40,604 nucleotides of DNA, taken from an uncultured Candidatus Saccharibacteria bacterium (GTDB lineage: Bacteria > Patescibacteriota > Saccharimonadia > Saccharimonadales > Saccharimonadaceae). The DNA is taken from assembly GCA_947427985.1 (NCBI GenBank), contig CANEKB010000001.1, positions 1-40,604 on the forward strand. The letters are read 5' to 3'. Position 1 is the stretch's first letter; each line of letters starts with the position of its first letter. The notes beneath the pieces were generated by a model. The model was not told the origin of the DNA. It saw nothing but the letters and a program-made list of their open reading frames with translations, and did not search any database. A program made the translations under genes and the position numbers. This document shows, piece after piece, positions 8,387 to 18,241 of this stretch.

Positions 8387-8796
8387 GGGCAGACGAATTA
8401 GCGACTTTGCCTGCGAACTATATGTTTTGGGACAAAGATTTGTGTAAGTACGCCACTATTGACGATATACAACCTTTCGTGTCTATCGAGCCTAATGCTT
8501 ATGGCACGGATTTCGAGTTGCGGCTACAATGCCTCGGTAGATTCCGACGATTAGCATATACCGGCTCGAACGACAAAAATAAGCGACCAATATACGAGGG
8601 GCATATCGTAAAGGCGAGTTATAAGATTATGGGCCAAAAAATCGAGATTATTGGCGCAATCGGGTTTGAAAATGGCAGCTTTGTAATTGTTAATGGGAAA
8701 CGCGATGTAGCGGTACTATCTGCGTTTAACCCAGAAGAATTAAAAATTATTGGGAACATATTTGAAAACCCAGAATTATTGGAGACAAGTAAATGA
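8383..8796 (+). CDS. YopX-family protein
   Basis: YTG.NDKNKRPIYEGHIV and IIGNIFENPELLE motifs. Confidence 0.85.
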   Translation: MRADELATLPANYMFWDKDLCKYATIDDIQPFVSIEPNAYGTDFELRLQCLGRFRRLAYTGSNDKNKRPIYEGHIVKASYKIMGQKIEIIGAIGFENGSFVIVNGKRDVAVLSAFNPEELKIIGNIFENPELLETSK

Positions 8797-9296
8797 GAAT
8801 AATGGTGCTTTGCGATATTGACGGTGTATTGGCTAATTGTACGCATCGGCTACATTACGCCCTTAAAGAGAAAAATTTCGATAAGTACTACGATGATGAA
8901 GAAGTGGCCAAAGACACCCTGATATTTCCTGGCTATGAGTTGATAGATCTTTTTCGCAGGTCCGGTGCGGAGATTCATTTTGTAACTAGCAGAAATGAGC
9001 GGTGCCGTGAAGCAACGGCGAAGTGGTTACGCGAAGAAGCGTTGATTAAAAGCAGCATCGTAGCCATGCGCAACGAGAACGATTTTCGGCCATCACCGAT
9101 TGTTAAGGTGGAGCTTATTCAAGAACTTTTTGATGAACTTGCTAAACGTAATGCTGGATTCTTGACTACGCAAGACATGCACTCCACCTATTTTATAGAC
9201 GATGACCCAGCCAACGTAAAAACGGTTTGTGAGGCATACCCCAGCATTACTGGAATTGTGTTCGGAATAGAAAGGATGGAGAAAGAACAAAAATGA
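8793..9296 (+). CDS. HAD-superfamily phosphatase (PNKP 3'-phosphatase-like)
   Basis: CDIDGVLA, FVTSR, MR..NDFRP...VK, FIDDD motifs. Confidence 0.85.
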   Translation: MRIMVLCDIDGVLANCTHRLHYALKEKNFDKYYDDEEVAKDTLIFPGYELIDLFRRSGAEIHFVTSRNERCREATAKWLREEALIKSSIVAMRNENDFRPSPIVKVELIQELFDELAKRNAGFLTTQDMHSTYFIDDDPANVKTVCEAYPSITGIVFGIERMEKEQK

Positions 9297-9436
9297 GAAT
9301 CACTATTCAACAGCGACCAAACAGATTTTGGTTTATTCTAGCTTTCACTATCGCCTGTGTAATTTTGATATTAACCAGCCATCCTGCCTGGGCTGCGGCT
9401 TTCTTTATTATGCTTGTGCTAATGTTTTCTGACTGA
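9293..9436 (+). CDS. Small membrane protein (47 aa)
   Basis: ATGA overlap; hydrophobic; hand-translated. Confidence 0.5.
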   Translation: MRITIQQRPNRFWFILAFTIACVILILTSHPAWAAAFFIMLVLMFSD

Positions 9437-9494
9437 AAATATGCTGAAAACATACTGAAATTTCAGCATACAAAGTCAAGAACAAGGAGGAAAA

Positions 9495-10049
9495 ATGACA
9501 AATAACCAAGTTTATTACACGAACGGAGGTGGCGACGAACAATACACGCCAGCAAAAACGGTAGAGCTTCTACTACCACATATTCAACACCTAAAAAATA
9601 AAGTAATCTGGTGCCCTTTTGATCGCAAAGATAGTCAGTTTGTTAGAGTGCTTACGGAAAATGGATTTAATGTCATCTATTCGCATATAGATTATGGCCA
9701 AGATTTTTTCACTTATGAGCCGGAAGCATGGGACGTAATTATTTCTAATCCACCATACACAAACAAGCGCCGTTATTGGGAGAGATGCCTAGCGCTCGGC
9801 AAGCCGTTTGCGCTATTACTACCAATCAACATATTAAGCGATTCGGTAATTAACGTCTCACTAAGAGAGAGAGAGAGAGAGAGACGGCTACGCGCCGCAG
9901 CTCCAACTGCTCATCCCATCCCGAAGGACGCGATTTTACAATGCGAAAACCGGAGAGATTGGCAAAAGTCCAACTTTCAAGGCAGCATATTTTGCTATTG
10001 GGGTATTCAAACAACAGATTATTCTCGCAGATTTAGAGAAATAGGATAG
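9495..10049 (+). CDS. Amino (N6-adenine-type) methyltransferase, frameshifted at a (GA)10 tract
   Basis: DEQYTP, IWCPFD, GQDFF, IISNPPY, KPFALLLP; family-like C-terminus LQLL..RRTRF...SPTFKAAYF lies in the +1 frame ending at 10044. Confidence 0.75.
   Translation: MTNNQVYYTNGGGDEQYTPAKTVELLLPHIQHLKNKVIWCPFDRKDSQFVRVLTENGFNVIYSHIDYGQDFFTYEPEAWDVIISNPPYTNKRRYWERCLALGKPFALLLPINILSDSVINVSLRERERERRLRAAAPTAHPIPKDAILQCENRRDWQKSNFQGSIFCYWGIQTTDYSRRFREIG
9865..9884 (+). repeat. (GA)10 simple sequence repeat
   Basis: Read directly from the sequence. Confidence 0.95.
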
Positions 10050-10059
10050 AGGTAAAAAT

Positions 10060-10221
10060 ATGAAAGAAATCAAATTCACACGAAAAAAGACCGGAGAGGT
10101 TTACACGTTCTTTTCTAGCCGCGAAGAGCATATCGTTTTGAAAGACGCAGAAGGTCGGCAACACCATATGCGTATTGACGAACTAGCTCGCGACTTCGAT
10201 TGTTCGGAGGAAGAGAAATGA
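10060..10221 (+). CDS. Small hypothetical protein (53 aa)
   Basis: GAGGT RBS; ATGA overlap with the next gene; hand-translated. Confidence 0.6.
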   Translation: MKEIKFTRKKTGEVYTFFSSREEHIVLKDAEGRQHHMRIDELARDFDCSEEEK

Positions 10222-10583
10222 GCGGGGGGCATTTTAATTACTTCCACGACAAGATCACGCAAGACATCTTTGGCTGGAATATAGACGCTGACTACAACCT
10301 TGGAGCCGAAGAACAGAAGAAGGGTGCCGTGTTGGCACGCGCTATGAACCCATTAAATGATGTGGAATTATCAGAAATGTTGTACGATTTAGCGTGCGTG
10401 TTGAAGGCTCACGATTGGTGGAGGAGTGGTGATTGCGGTGTGGAGTGCTATAACAAGGCTAAACGATACTTCAAAGAAAAATGGTTTGGCAAAACACAAA
10501 AGCAACGCATAGAAGCACAAGTTAATAAAGCAGTTGAGCAGTTCAGGCAAGATGTAGGTGAAATGTTTGAGAATGAGGAATAA
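10218..10583 (+). CDS. Phage hypothetical protein (MSGGHFNY...)
   Basis: GGAGG RBS before ATG 10218. Confidence 0.7.
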   Translation: MSGGHFNYFHDKITQDIFGWNIDADYNLGAEEQKKGAVLARAMNPLNDVELSEMLYDLACVLKAHDWWRSGDCGVECYNKAKRYFKEKWFGKTQKQRIEAQVNKAVEQFRQDVGEMFENEE

Positions 10584-10585
10584 GG

Positions 10586-10738
10586 ATGAGCAAATACGGA
10601 TTTTTATCAGATGATGGCAGGATCTTTTTAACGCGCTGCCCAAAGTGCGAAAAGGAAAATTGGGCGATGGCTGTGGCCTCTGGACAATGCTGTTGGTGTG
10701 GCCATAAGGCGGAGAGGAACGAGTTGGATGAGCAGTGA
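10586..10738 (+). CDS. Zinc-ribbon protein (50 aa)
   Basis: CPKC...CCWCG; hand-translated. Confidence 0.6.
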   Translation: MSKYGFLSDDGRIFLTRCPKCEKENWAMAVASGQCCWCGHKAERNELDEQ

Positions 10739-10922
10739 AACACCAGCATACATAACCGCCATCCACAAAACTCGCCGCAAAGGCACTCGCCTAAAATGGC
10801 GAGATGCTATGTGGTATAAAAATTATTTTCCGGATGGAACACATGGCGTAAGGTTTATGGGCACCGTTGCCATTTTAAGAGGCGATAAATACGAGATTTT
10901 GCGAAAAGGACAGGAGGAATAA
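10728..10922 (+). CDS. Small basic hypothetical protein
   Basis: In-frame ATG at 10728; TAATG coupling to the RusA-like gene. Confidence 0.5.
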   Translation: MSSETPAYITAIHKTRRKGTRLKWRDAMWYKNYFPDGTHGVRFMGTVAILRGDKYEILRKGQEE

Positions 10923-11311
10923 TGAAGAAGATCGAATTGACCTATTATGGTATGGTCATATCTAAGAAAAACACGAAGCGAATTATTAAAAACGCAAAAA
11001 CCGGTAAGCCTATGATGATCTCCAATAAGGCAGCATTGGCAAATGAGCATGATATGGTTGACCAATTTAGTGTCCAAACGCTCGGACAAAAGAAGCCCAT
11101 AGAAAACTGTAGGATTTCAATCGTGATTTACGAGCCAAACCTACAACGCAGAGACCTAGACAACCAAGCCACTTCAATTCTTGACGCCTTAACTAAATCA
11201 GAAGTAATCAAAGATGATTCTATAAAGTGCGTCAAAGAGCTAAATGTTCGGCTAGGTGGAGTAGATAGAGCGGATCCTAGAGCAATAGTAAACATAACAG
11301 AGGTAGGATAG
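10922..11311 (+). CDS. rusA: RusA-family Holliday junction resolvase
   Basis: G.V.SKKN, RRDLDN...ILDAL...IKDD catalytic aspartate pattern. Confidence 0.85.
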   Translation: MKKIELTYYGMVISKKNTKRIIKNAKTGKPMMISNKAALANEHDMVDQFSVQTLGQKKPIENCRISIVIYEPNLQRRDLDNQATSILDALTKSEVIKDDSIKCVKELNVRLGGVDRADPRAIVNITEVG

Positions 11312-11493
11312 TGGACAGTCATCAAAAACAACGAGCACTTAATATAGTCACCGGCATTATACAAAATATGATGGATTCCGGCGACATTAACTTTACAATT
11401 TGGTTCGAAGTTAACAATATCGGCACACTAACAATAACAGTGGATTCGCTAAAAGAGCAGACAGCTGTTAAGGTAGAAAGGAGAGATAAATGA
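11311..11493 (+). CDS. Small hypothetical protein
   Basis: Fills the operon with coupled start and stop. Confidence 0.55.
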   Translation: MDSHQKQRALNIVTGIIQNMMDSGDINFTIWFEVNNIGTLTITVDSLKEQTAVKVERRDK

Positions 11494-11921
11494 CAACCAG
11501 AAAAGCAGTCAAGCAACGCGGCCCACGCAAGCAGAACCCCAAGTCAAAGGCGAATCTGGTGTCGCTCGCTAAGCGGCCGCCGAAAGAGCGAAAGAAAATC
11601 GCCAGCAAAGGCGGCCGAATATCGGCTAAAAAATACAGGGACGATCTAAAACTTCAGCGGATCGCTCAAATACTGCTACAATCCGAGCTCCCGGAAGGTA
11701 AATTAAAAGAGCAACTTATTGAGGCTGGGATTAGTCCAGAAAACGCCACTCACGGCGCCGGGATGCTTATGGCATTGACTGATAGAGTTTTGACCACGGG
11801 TGACGTCCGCGCCTTTGAGGCAATTCGCGATACGGCTGGAGAAAAGCCGGGGCCAGATACAAACGTGAACTTTAACATTAACAAGGCTAATTTTGGAGGA
11901 GAGTTTGTCGATAATGGCTAA
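11490..11921 (+). CDS. Putative terminase small subunit
   Basis: Basic N-terminus, IASKGG motif, GDVRAFEAIRDTAGEKP; directly upstream of TerL. Confidence 0.6.
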   Translation: MTTRKAVKQRGPRKQNPKSKANLVSLAKRPPKERKKIASKGGRISAKKYRDDLKLQRIAQILLQSELPEGKLKEQLIEAGISPENATHGAGMLMALTDRVLTTGDVRAFEAIRDTAGEKPGPDTNVNFNINKANFGGEFVDNG

Positions 11922-12912
11922 AATTGATTATAAAGGATTCATTGAAAAATACTTCACTATTACAACAATCAGCGGCGAAATAGTGCCAATGAAGCTTAAT
12001 AACATTCAGAGTTATTATTATGATCTTTTGCTTAGAGATTATGGCAGTACCTTATCTCCAATCCGAGAGAACATTCTCAAATCACGACGTTTCGGCTTTT
12101 CTTCACTAATCGATGCGATGTTTTGTGTAGATTTTATTCTAGGTGAGATAGGACTTACTAACCAGGCTAATGCTTCAGTTTATTCATTTAGACAGAAAGA
12201 CACAGAAGAACTGTTTAAGCGTGTAAATCAATTCATCAACTCTTACTTACTTGCGACCATAGAAAAAGACTACCGCAACCCAGCTGATCGCGAAATAATT
12301 CCAGAGCTTCGTTCGAGCTTTCTCAATAAAGATGTTGGAGGGACTATCATAGAAGGCAAAAATGGCTCAGTTTACGATTGTTTGACGGCTGGTGCCAAGG
12401 TGGCTGGTCGTGGTGGCACAAGACAAAACATCCACTGGTCAGAGGTGGCATTTTATAACAATACTGAGACCTTAAATGCACGAGAGTTGGTTATTGGAGC
12501 AGAAAAGCAGGTGTCAGATGGCATTGGCAAAATTTTTAGAGAAACGACTGGCAATATCGCAGACAATTTCTTTGCTGAAGAATATCAGGCCGGTAAAGAT
12601 GGCGTAAGCCAGTTTAAGAGCCGGTTTCTAGCATGGTATCTATTCGACGAATACAAGTCTCAACCGCCAGAAAATTGGTCAATGCCAGAATACTATAACC
12701 AAATCCCCAAAATTACCAAAGAACAAGCCTATTGGCATTTTACGAAGACAAATGGACTGTCTAGCAAGCTTGAAATGCGTGAATTTCCAACAACCGACAC
12801 AGAAGCCTTTTTGCTCGGTGGCGACCCTTACTTCAATAACGATGCGTTAGTCAGATATAACGCAACAATTAAAAAACCGATTCGGGAGGCGGAATATGTT
12901 ACGGCTTTATAG
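11914..12912 (+). CDS. Terminase large subunit, N-terminal ATPase part
   Basis: LNNIQ adenine-binding motif, Walker A ILKSRRFGFS, GRGGT, Walker B IHWSEVAF, ETT coupling motif, REFP...EAF. Confidence 0.85.
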   Translation: MAKIDYKGFIEKYFTITTISGEIVPMKLNNIQSYYYDLLLRDYGSTLSPIRENILKSRRFGFSSLIDAMFCVDFILGEIGLTNQANASVYSFRQKDTEELFKRVNQFINSYLLATIEKDYRNPADREIIPELRSSFLNKDVGGTIIEGKNGSVYDCLTAGAKVAGRGGTRQNIHWSEVAFYNNTETLNARELVIGAEKQVSDGIGKIFRETTGNIADNFFAEEYQAGKDGVSQFKSRFLAWYLFDEYKSQPPENWSMPEYYNQIPKITKEQAYWHFTKTNGLSSKLEMREFPTTDTEAFLLGGDPYFNNDALVRYNATIKKPIREAEYVTAL

Positions 12913-13528
12913 AGAGATAGATAGAAACGAGTTTTTTGTTGTAGCCGTAGACTGCGCACAGGGAGGAATAGATAGCAATTTTGGGCAATTCATAAGTAAA
13001 AGCAGAGCTGACATCCCGTTAGTCTTTGAGAAAAATTGCGTAGCGGCCGATATGACACCTATTATCCATCAAGCCCTTGAGTGGATCTACGACAAGACCG
13101 GGGTCCAACCAGTAGTAGCCTTCGAGCGCAATATGGGTGGAGCGAGTGAAATGAGTCGACTACAGAAGCTAAACCGGCAAGGCAAATATCGTATCTATCA
13201 AAAACGGATAGTTGGCGACGTTAGCGGTGAAGGAGTTACCGACCATCTTGGGTTTGATACGAATGCTCAGACGCGTCCACAGATCCTCGGTGATCTTAAA
13301 CAAGCAATCGACGACCAATTAATTCAGATTTATGACAAGACTACGATTGACGAACTCGGAAAGTTTATCGTTAACAAACGAGGACGAGCCGAAGCTGCAT
13401 CTAATTGTCACGATGATGCCGTAATGAGCCTCGCGATTGCATGGCAGTTGTATCAAACAGAAAACGCAGTGGTAGCTAATAGGATTATCACCAAAAGACA
13501 AAATGGCACGATTAACAATCTATTTTAG
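12896..13528 (+). CDS. Terminase large subunit, C-terminal RNase H-like nuclease part
   Basis: VAVDCAQGG.DS, FERN, GFDTN..TRP, HDDAVMSLAIA; own GGGAGG RBS and ATG. Confidence 0.85.
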   Translation: MLRLYREIDRNEFFVVAVDCAQGGIDSNFGQFISKSRADIPLVFEKNCVAADMTPIIHQALEWIYDKTGVQPVVAFERNMGGASEMSRLQKLNRQGKYRIYQKRIVGDVSGEGVTDHLGFDTNAQTRPQILGDLKQAIDDQLIQIYDKTTIDELGKFIVNKRGRAEAASNCHDDAVMSLAIAWQLYQTENAVVANRIITKRQNGTINNLF

Positions 13529-13536
13529 GAGAAACA

Positions 13537-13842
13537 ATGAGCAAAATCGAATACGGAAAAATCAAAACCACAAAAGTCGAGGGCGGTCTTACAACCCACA
13601 CCGAGACTAATATAGTTGACGGATCTGCGATCGCGCCAAAAAGAGTACGCTATGAAGAACGTGTTCGCGTTCGCAACGCAAAAGAGGAGCAGGAAGAATA
13701 TCTGAGGTTCAGCGATTTCGTACACGCAAGCCCAGACATCGACCTGCTTACACCAGAGTTTAGAATCGAATACTCAAAACTTGGCCAGAAAGGGGGCTAT
13801 TATTACGTTGTAAAGTGTTGGTCTCGTCTCGAATACGACTAG
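13537..13842 (+). CDS. Phage hypothetical protein
   Basis: AGGAG RBS; last + strand gene of this arm. Confidence 0.65.
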   Translation: MSKIEYGKIKTTKVEGGLTTHTETNIVDGSAIAPKRVRYEERVRVRNAKEEQEEYLRFSDFVHASPDIDLLTPEFRIEYSKLGQKGGYYYVVKCWSRLEYD

Positions 13843-15020
13843 AAAATCCGTCGCGCCTTCCCCTGCTCGTCTCGCCCATACATCTTTATTAAAACCCTAG
13901 CTTTGCCGTGCTCGTCGCGGCAATAGCTTTTACTGATAAACTTGGCCTTTCCGCCGACATTTCCATAAAACCCACCGATAGACGATAACTTAATGGTCTT
14001 AGAATTACCATACAAACCAGAACCGGAGTAGTACAGGCGAACTTCAATAGTAAGTTCTTCGCGCGTATCTACGCCGCTGATATTGAACGAACCGGCATTA
14101 GCTCCAGCAGGGAGAGACCCACCCTTCGCCCACGCCGAGTAGCTTCCGTCTCCAACCTTGGTCCGGTAATATATGTCCTGAGCAACGCTGGCCGTAGAAG
14201 CGGAATACCCACAAGAAACAGATATTGAATCGCGGTTTGTATTGGCACTAATTTGCGTAATTGTAGGTGGGGGTGTCCAAACGCCGGAGCTAAGGGCGTA
14301 ATTGTCTCTCATACCATTAGAGGCGTAAATATACGCTTTATATTTCGTGTTGGCTTGGATTGTAATACCGCCGCCGATTGGTGACGTGGAGTTGTTTATC
14401 GTCGCGCTTTGCGTAGAAGTTGTTGCTGATACCGAAGTCTCACGTCGTCCACCGGAAACACTGGATGCTGACCCAGAAACAACGCCGAGCACAAGAGATC
14501 TAGATCCAGAGCCATTGCCAAAACTTGATACCCTACCAGTGACCGATATCGCGCTAGTAGATGATGCCGAGCCGGAAATGCTAGAGATTGACGGAGAAGT
14601 ATAAGTTGGTGTTGGAGGGTCAGTATTACCGCCGCCGCTCCCACTACCACTGCTAAAAGCCGCACAGTTGATCGAGCCAGAAGCGGATCCGTTGAAATAC
14701 TTCGTTCCGCTTACAGATTCGCTAAAATAAACCGTCTTCGCCGATGTATGACTGACATTTACCGTTATCTCACCTTGGTCTTGCCATACGTTCTGCTTTC
14801 CGCCGTTTACGCGCAGAGAGGTAAATGTTTTGGATTCACCATTGATGGTGATTTTTGCGCTCGTTGATCCACCATACTGATAGGTTTCGCCGTTCCACGC
14901 ATTAGTCCGGCGTGCCTGTAATTTACCGGTTAGCCTCGAAACGCCGTTCGTACTCCGGTCTTCGGTTACTACAAGCCGAACCTGAATATATTCACTACCT
15001 TGGTGTGAACACTCTGCCAT
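13839..15020 (-). CDS. Ser/Gly-rich virion protein with beta-sandwich (Fn3/Ig-like) domains, putative tail fibre/adhesin
   Basis: Beta-strand-rich; ANTKYKAYIYASN Fn3-like motif; end of the tail operon. Confidence 0.55.
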   Translation of the reverse strand: MAECSHQGSEYIQVRLVVTEDRSTNGVSRLTGKLQARRTNAWNGETYQYGGSTSAKITINGESKTFTSLRVNGGKQNVWQDQGEITVNVSHTSAKTVYFSESVSGTKYFNGSASGSINCAAFSSGSGSGGGNTDPPTPTYTSPSISSISGSASSTSAISVTGRVSSFGNGSGSRSLVLGVVSGSASSVSGGRRETSVSATTSTQSATINNSTSPIGGGITIQANTKYKAYIYASNGMRDNYALSSGVWTPPPTITQISANTNRDSISVSCGYSASTASVAQDIYYRTKVGDGSYSAWAKGGSLPAGANAGSFNISGVDTREELTIEVRLYYSGSGLYGNSKTIKLSSIGGFYGNVGGKAKFISKSYCRDEHGKARVLIKMYGRDEQGKARRIF

Positions 15021-15544
15021 TATTTATACACTCCATATAACATAACTCCGCTCGGCATATCAGAGCCTTCTTGAATATCCTTGTCGGAGAACATCATCGT
15101 TTTATTATCTATCTTATTGGCAGTCACCGCGTTGTCGGCCAGCGCATCGCTTGTCACTACTCCGGGTTTTAAGCCACCGTCCGGTTTGAATACCGACAAA
15201 AACACGGTGATCAAATCCAACCACATCCCAATAGTAAGATTCATCTCAATCTGATCATCAACCAAGTGGCCACTATCAGCCGCCCCAGCTTGCCACTCAA
15301 GGTTAATAATCGAATCCTGCGAAACAATACCCTTCCAGTCGCTCTGTGATTCGTAGTTAATAGAGCCGTCTGCGTTTAATCGGTACGACGAAAAGTGTAC
15401 CGGCGTATCAGTCGGCCATCCGGCCAAGTTGTCGCAGCGCAATGTCTTTTCGCCGACAGAACGTGCTTGAACTACTTTCGCGACGTTCGGGTAGATTCCA
15501 CTTCCATCGCTTGCCTTACATAATTTGTCCGTAATTGACGCCAT
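15020..15544 (-). CDS. Virion/tail protein
   Basis: LADNAVTANKID tail-fibre-type repeat; synteny. Confidence 0.55.
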   Translation of the reverse strand: MASITDKLCKASDGSGIYPNVAKVVQARSVGEKTLRCDNLAGWPTDTPVHFSSYRLNADGSINYESQSDWKGIVSQDSIINLEWQAGAADSGHLVDDQIEMNLTIGMWLDLITVFLSVFKPDGGLKPGVVTSDALADNAVTANKIDNKTMMFSDKDIQEGSDMPSGVMLYGVYK

Positions 15545-15557
15545 TTCTTTTCTCCTT

Positions 15558-17576
15558 TTAGCTTAAATCTTTGATTCCAATACCGACATACTCAGCAACC
15601 ACGCTAGAAATAGCGTAATCGACGCCGCTCGTTGTTGAAGATATGCGGTATTCAAACCACTGTACATCTTCATCCACCTCAACGATTACATCGACCGTAT
15701 CTCTATCGTCATCAACGTTGTGCCGCGTACCAACTAACTTACTGAAGCCGTGCGGTTTATTCCAGCCACGGTTAAGATCGCTGAAGCCAACTGGGATGCT
15801 ATTCGTGGTGATAGTAACCGATTCGCGCCAAGTCATTTTGCCGTCTTCCGTATAGCCGCTCACGTCGAAGTTGATCGTTCCGCGCGGTTTTAGCAGTGTA
15901 AATACGACCTGTATTAGCCTTGCCCAGTCTCGCCCATCCTTCGACCACTCGATTTGGCCGCTTTTCGCTTCTGTCATAAACGGCTCACGATCGTCGCGCG
16001 TCGCGAAATTACGGCTCATCTGGTAGATCCTATTATTCGACAAAATTAAGAAGTGAGTTTCACCGGAATTATCGTTATAGAGCCACATCCAATCAACGTT
16101 GAGGTGCCAAGCGAGAATCCACGCACCCTTATGCTCCAAATCTAATACCCAGACTTGGCTATTCTTATCTGCACTAACCGGCAATGCCCAATAAACCCTA
16201 CCTTCATAGGCCAGCCCAACCGCTTTGTCCATACTCTTTGTATTGAGAAGCGCAACCTGATCCTTAATAGTGGCAGTAATCTGTGTCGTCGATAGGACAT
16301 TTTGAAGCTGCGGAATTGTTCCGGTCGTCTTAAAGCCGTCCCGTGACGGGTAATACAGCGAGTTATTATGAATTACAACGCCATCAGGGCTGTCCGTGCC
16401 GTCCGTACCGCTATCTTCCATAACTTCCCACGCAACTATCGTCTCCGATCCGTACGTGAGCTGATTATGAATCAGGTGATACCTTTTCCCGCTACCGTTT
16501 GATCCTTGCGTCAAGACCACGACCGTACTATCACCACTACCTTTGCGAAATGGCATCACGGCAATCGGCACTTCCTTCGTACCGCTTGCGACCGGCGTAA
16601 AACCACCGCCATTGGCAGGTGAAAAATCTAGTTCGTGATCGTAATCGCCGCCGTGCCGTACGTAATAAGGGTTCTCTGTGTCGCCAACTAGCCATACACG
16701 GCCGTTTACGACCGTTCCACGCCTTGCTTTCGGCCCAGACGTCGAATTATAGCTCGGCAACGATCCGCGGCTCAAAATCTGGGCTTTGGTGCCGTCGTCC
16801 GTAAAGCTCGTGATCGTTGGATCAAGTCCAGAAGCTATCATGTAAAGCTCCGGTTGACCAGTTCCGTCTGCCGAGACACCCATATACACATTGTAGCCGG
16901 TAGCTCCCTCAATCGCTTCCCACGAGATCGTGATTTTTTGCTCATCGCTCCATAAATCACGTTGCGTAGATATGCTTTGTGCCGCGACCGGAGAGCCAGC
17001 AGTCTCCCCAACGGTTGAGTTCGCCGTAATCGCGTAATAAACCTTGAAATCTGACCCGGACAAGTTATTAAGCGTACATAGGGGCGCTTTTTGCGGGTCT
17101 TTAAGGCTCTTGAAGCTGGTAATTTTCCATGTCGTCGTGTCAATAAAGCTCAATGCTTCGCCGTTCAGGATTAGAACTTTGCCGCGCACCTGAAGGAAGT
17201 GCGCCGGAGATGTCGCGTCATAATCTCTGCCTTCTATCTTAGTCCAATTCGCACTCTCTCCAGTCGCATAGTACACATTGGCGGTGCCGTCTTTCACCAT
17301 CATTGCCACCATATAGAATCTCGGCGTCATCCCATCCATCACCTTATACTCGAAAATCTCCCCCAATACCTTACCGACTGGCTGGGGGCCATATTCTACG
17401 AGTGCAGGCCTTGGCCGAATCACGCCGTTTTGTTCAAGCACCATATTCGAGGTTGAGACCAGTGAATTATCTACAACGCGTCTCGCATCGTAGTCGGTAA
17501 CCGTTCCAGTGCTCCAGTCCAGTATGGCTTTCCGCTCAATAGTGGGAGCTTTCGTGGCTTTAGGTGGATTTATCAT
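15558..17576 (-). CDS. Tail nozzle/stabilisation protein (P22 gp10/tail tubular B-like)
   Basis: 672 aa beta-propeller-like; N-terminal NMVLEQNGVIRPRP; follows the adaptor gene. Confidence 0.65.
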   Translation of the reverse strand: MINPPKATKAPTIERKAILDWSTGTVTDYDARRVVDNSLVSTSNMVLEQNGVIRPRPALVEYGPQPVGKVLGEIFEYKVMDGMTPRFYMVAMMVKDGTANVYYATGESANWTKIEGRDYDATSPAHFLQVRGKVLILNGEALSFIDTTTWKITSFKSLKDPQKAPLCTLNNLSGSDFKVYYAITANSTVGETAGSPVAAQSISTQRDLWSDEQKITISWEAIEGATGYNVYMGVSADGTGQPELYMIASGLDPTITSFTDDGTKAQILSRGSLPSYNSTSGPKARRGTVVNGRVWLVGDTENPYYVRHGGDYDHELDFSPANGGGFTPVASGTKEVPIAVMPFRKGSGDSTVVVLTQGSNGSGKRYHLIHNQLTYGSETIVAWEVMEDSGTDGTDSPDGVVIHNNSLYYPSRDGFKTTGTIPQLQNVLSTTQITATIKDQVALLNTKSMDKAVGLAYEGRVYWALPVSADKNSQVWVLDLEHKGAWILAWHLNVDWMWLYNDNSGETHFLILSNNRIYQMSRNFATRDDREPFMTEAKSGQIEWSKDGRDWARLIQVVFTLLKPRGTINFDVSGYTEDGKMTWRESVTITTNSIPVGFSDLNRGWNKPHGFSKLVGTRHNVDDDRDTVDVIVEVDEDVQWFEYRISSTTSGVDYAISSVVAEYVGIGIKDLS

Positions 17577-18241
17577 TAGCTAAGGCCTCCCGGGTTTCGC
17601 CACGAACCACGCACCCTCCGAACTTGGCCGCTGCGATTACGCCGAATCATATTTGTCATGAGATTATTGGCTTCCGCTATTAGATTACCATGCTGGTTTT
17701 GTTTCACAATATCGTTGCGAATATACTCTGCCGCGCAGATTGTAACTAGCCAATACGGATCATCTACAACAATATCGTCATCTTTGCCGGTGAGTTCTTC
17801 TATACCTAAATAGACCGGAGCGTATAATGTCCCACCATACTCCGGACTTTGTTCGTCAAACGTTTGATTAAAAATAAGACTGTTGCCGATCACGGCACAA
17901 TAATTGCCGACGGCGTGATTCTGCAAGTCGTCATAGTCAACAAGATTATACTTGATCTTGCGTCCGTCCTCAGTACCAATATAGACGTCATCACCTCTTG
18001 CCGTCGAGATTTCGTCAATCGTTTCGTCAAGCTCATAGGTGTCCGTGTCTGAAATTGTGCCAAGTTCATAGGCTCGATCGTACCGAGAGTTCCATTTTTG
18101 CCCCGGCTCGTTCAGCCAAGCATTTTGATAATAGTTCGCGATGCCAAGAATCTTCTTCCACTTCGCATTGTCCGGCGATAAAACGGTAGCCTTGCCTGTG
18201 GCCTTCAGCATCACCGCGTTACATAGTTCTTGAAAAGTCAT
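17576..18241 (-). CDS. Head-tail adaptor (P22 gp4/tail tubular A-like)
   Basis: MTFQELCNAV start, size and synteny. Confidence 0.6.
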   Translation of the reverse strand: MTFQELCNAVMLKATGKATVLSPDNAKWKKILGIANYYQNAWLNEPGQKWNSRYDRAYELGTISDTDTYELDETIDEISTARGDDVYIGTEDGRKIKYNLVDYDDLQNHAVGNYCAVIGNSLIFNQTFDEQSPEYGGTLYAPVYLGIEELTGKDDDIVVDDPYWLVTICAAEYIRNDIVKQNQHGNLIAEANNLMTNMIRRNRSGQVRRVRGSWRNPGGLS

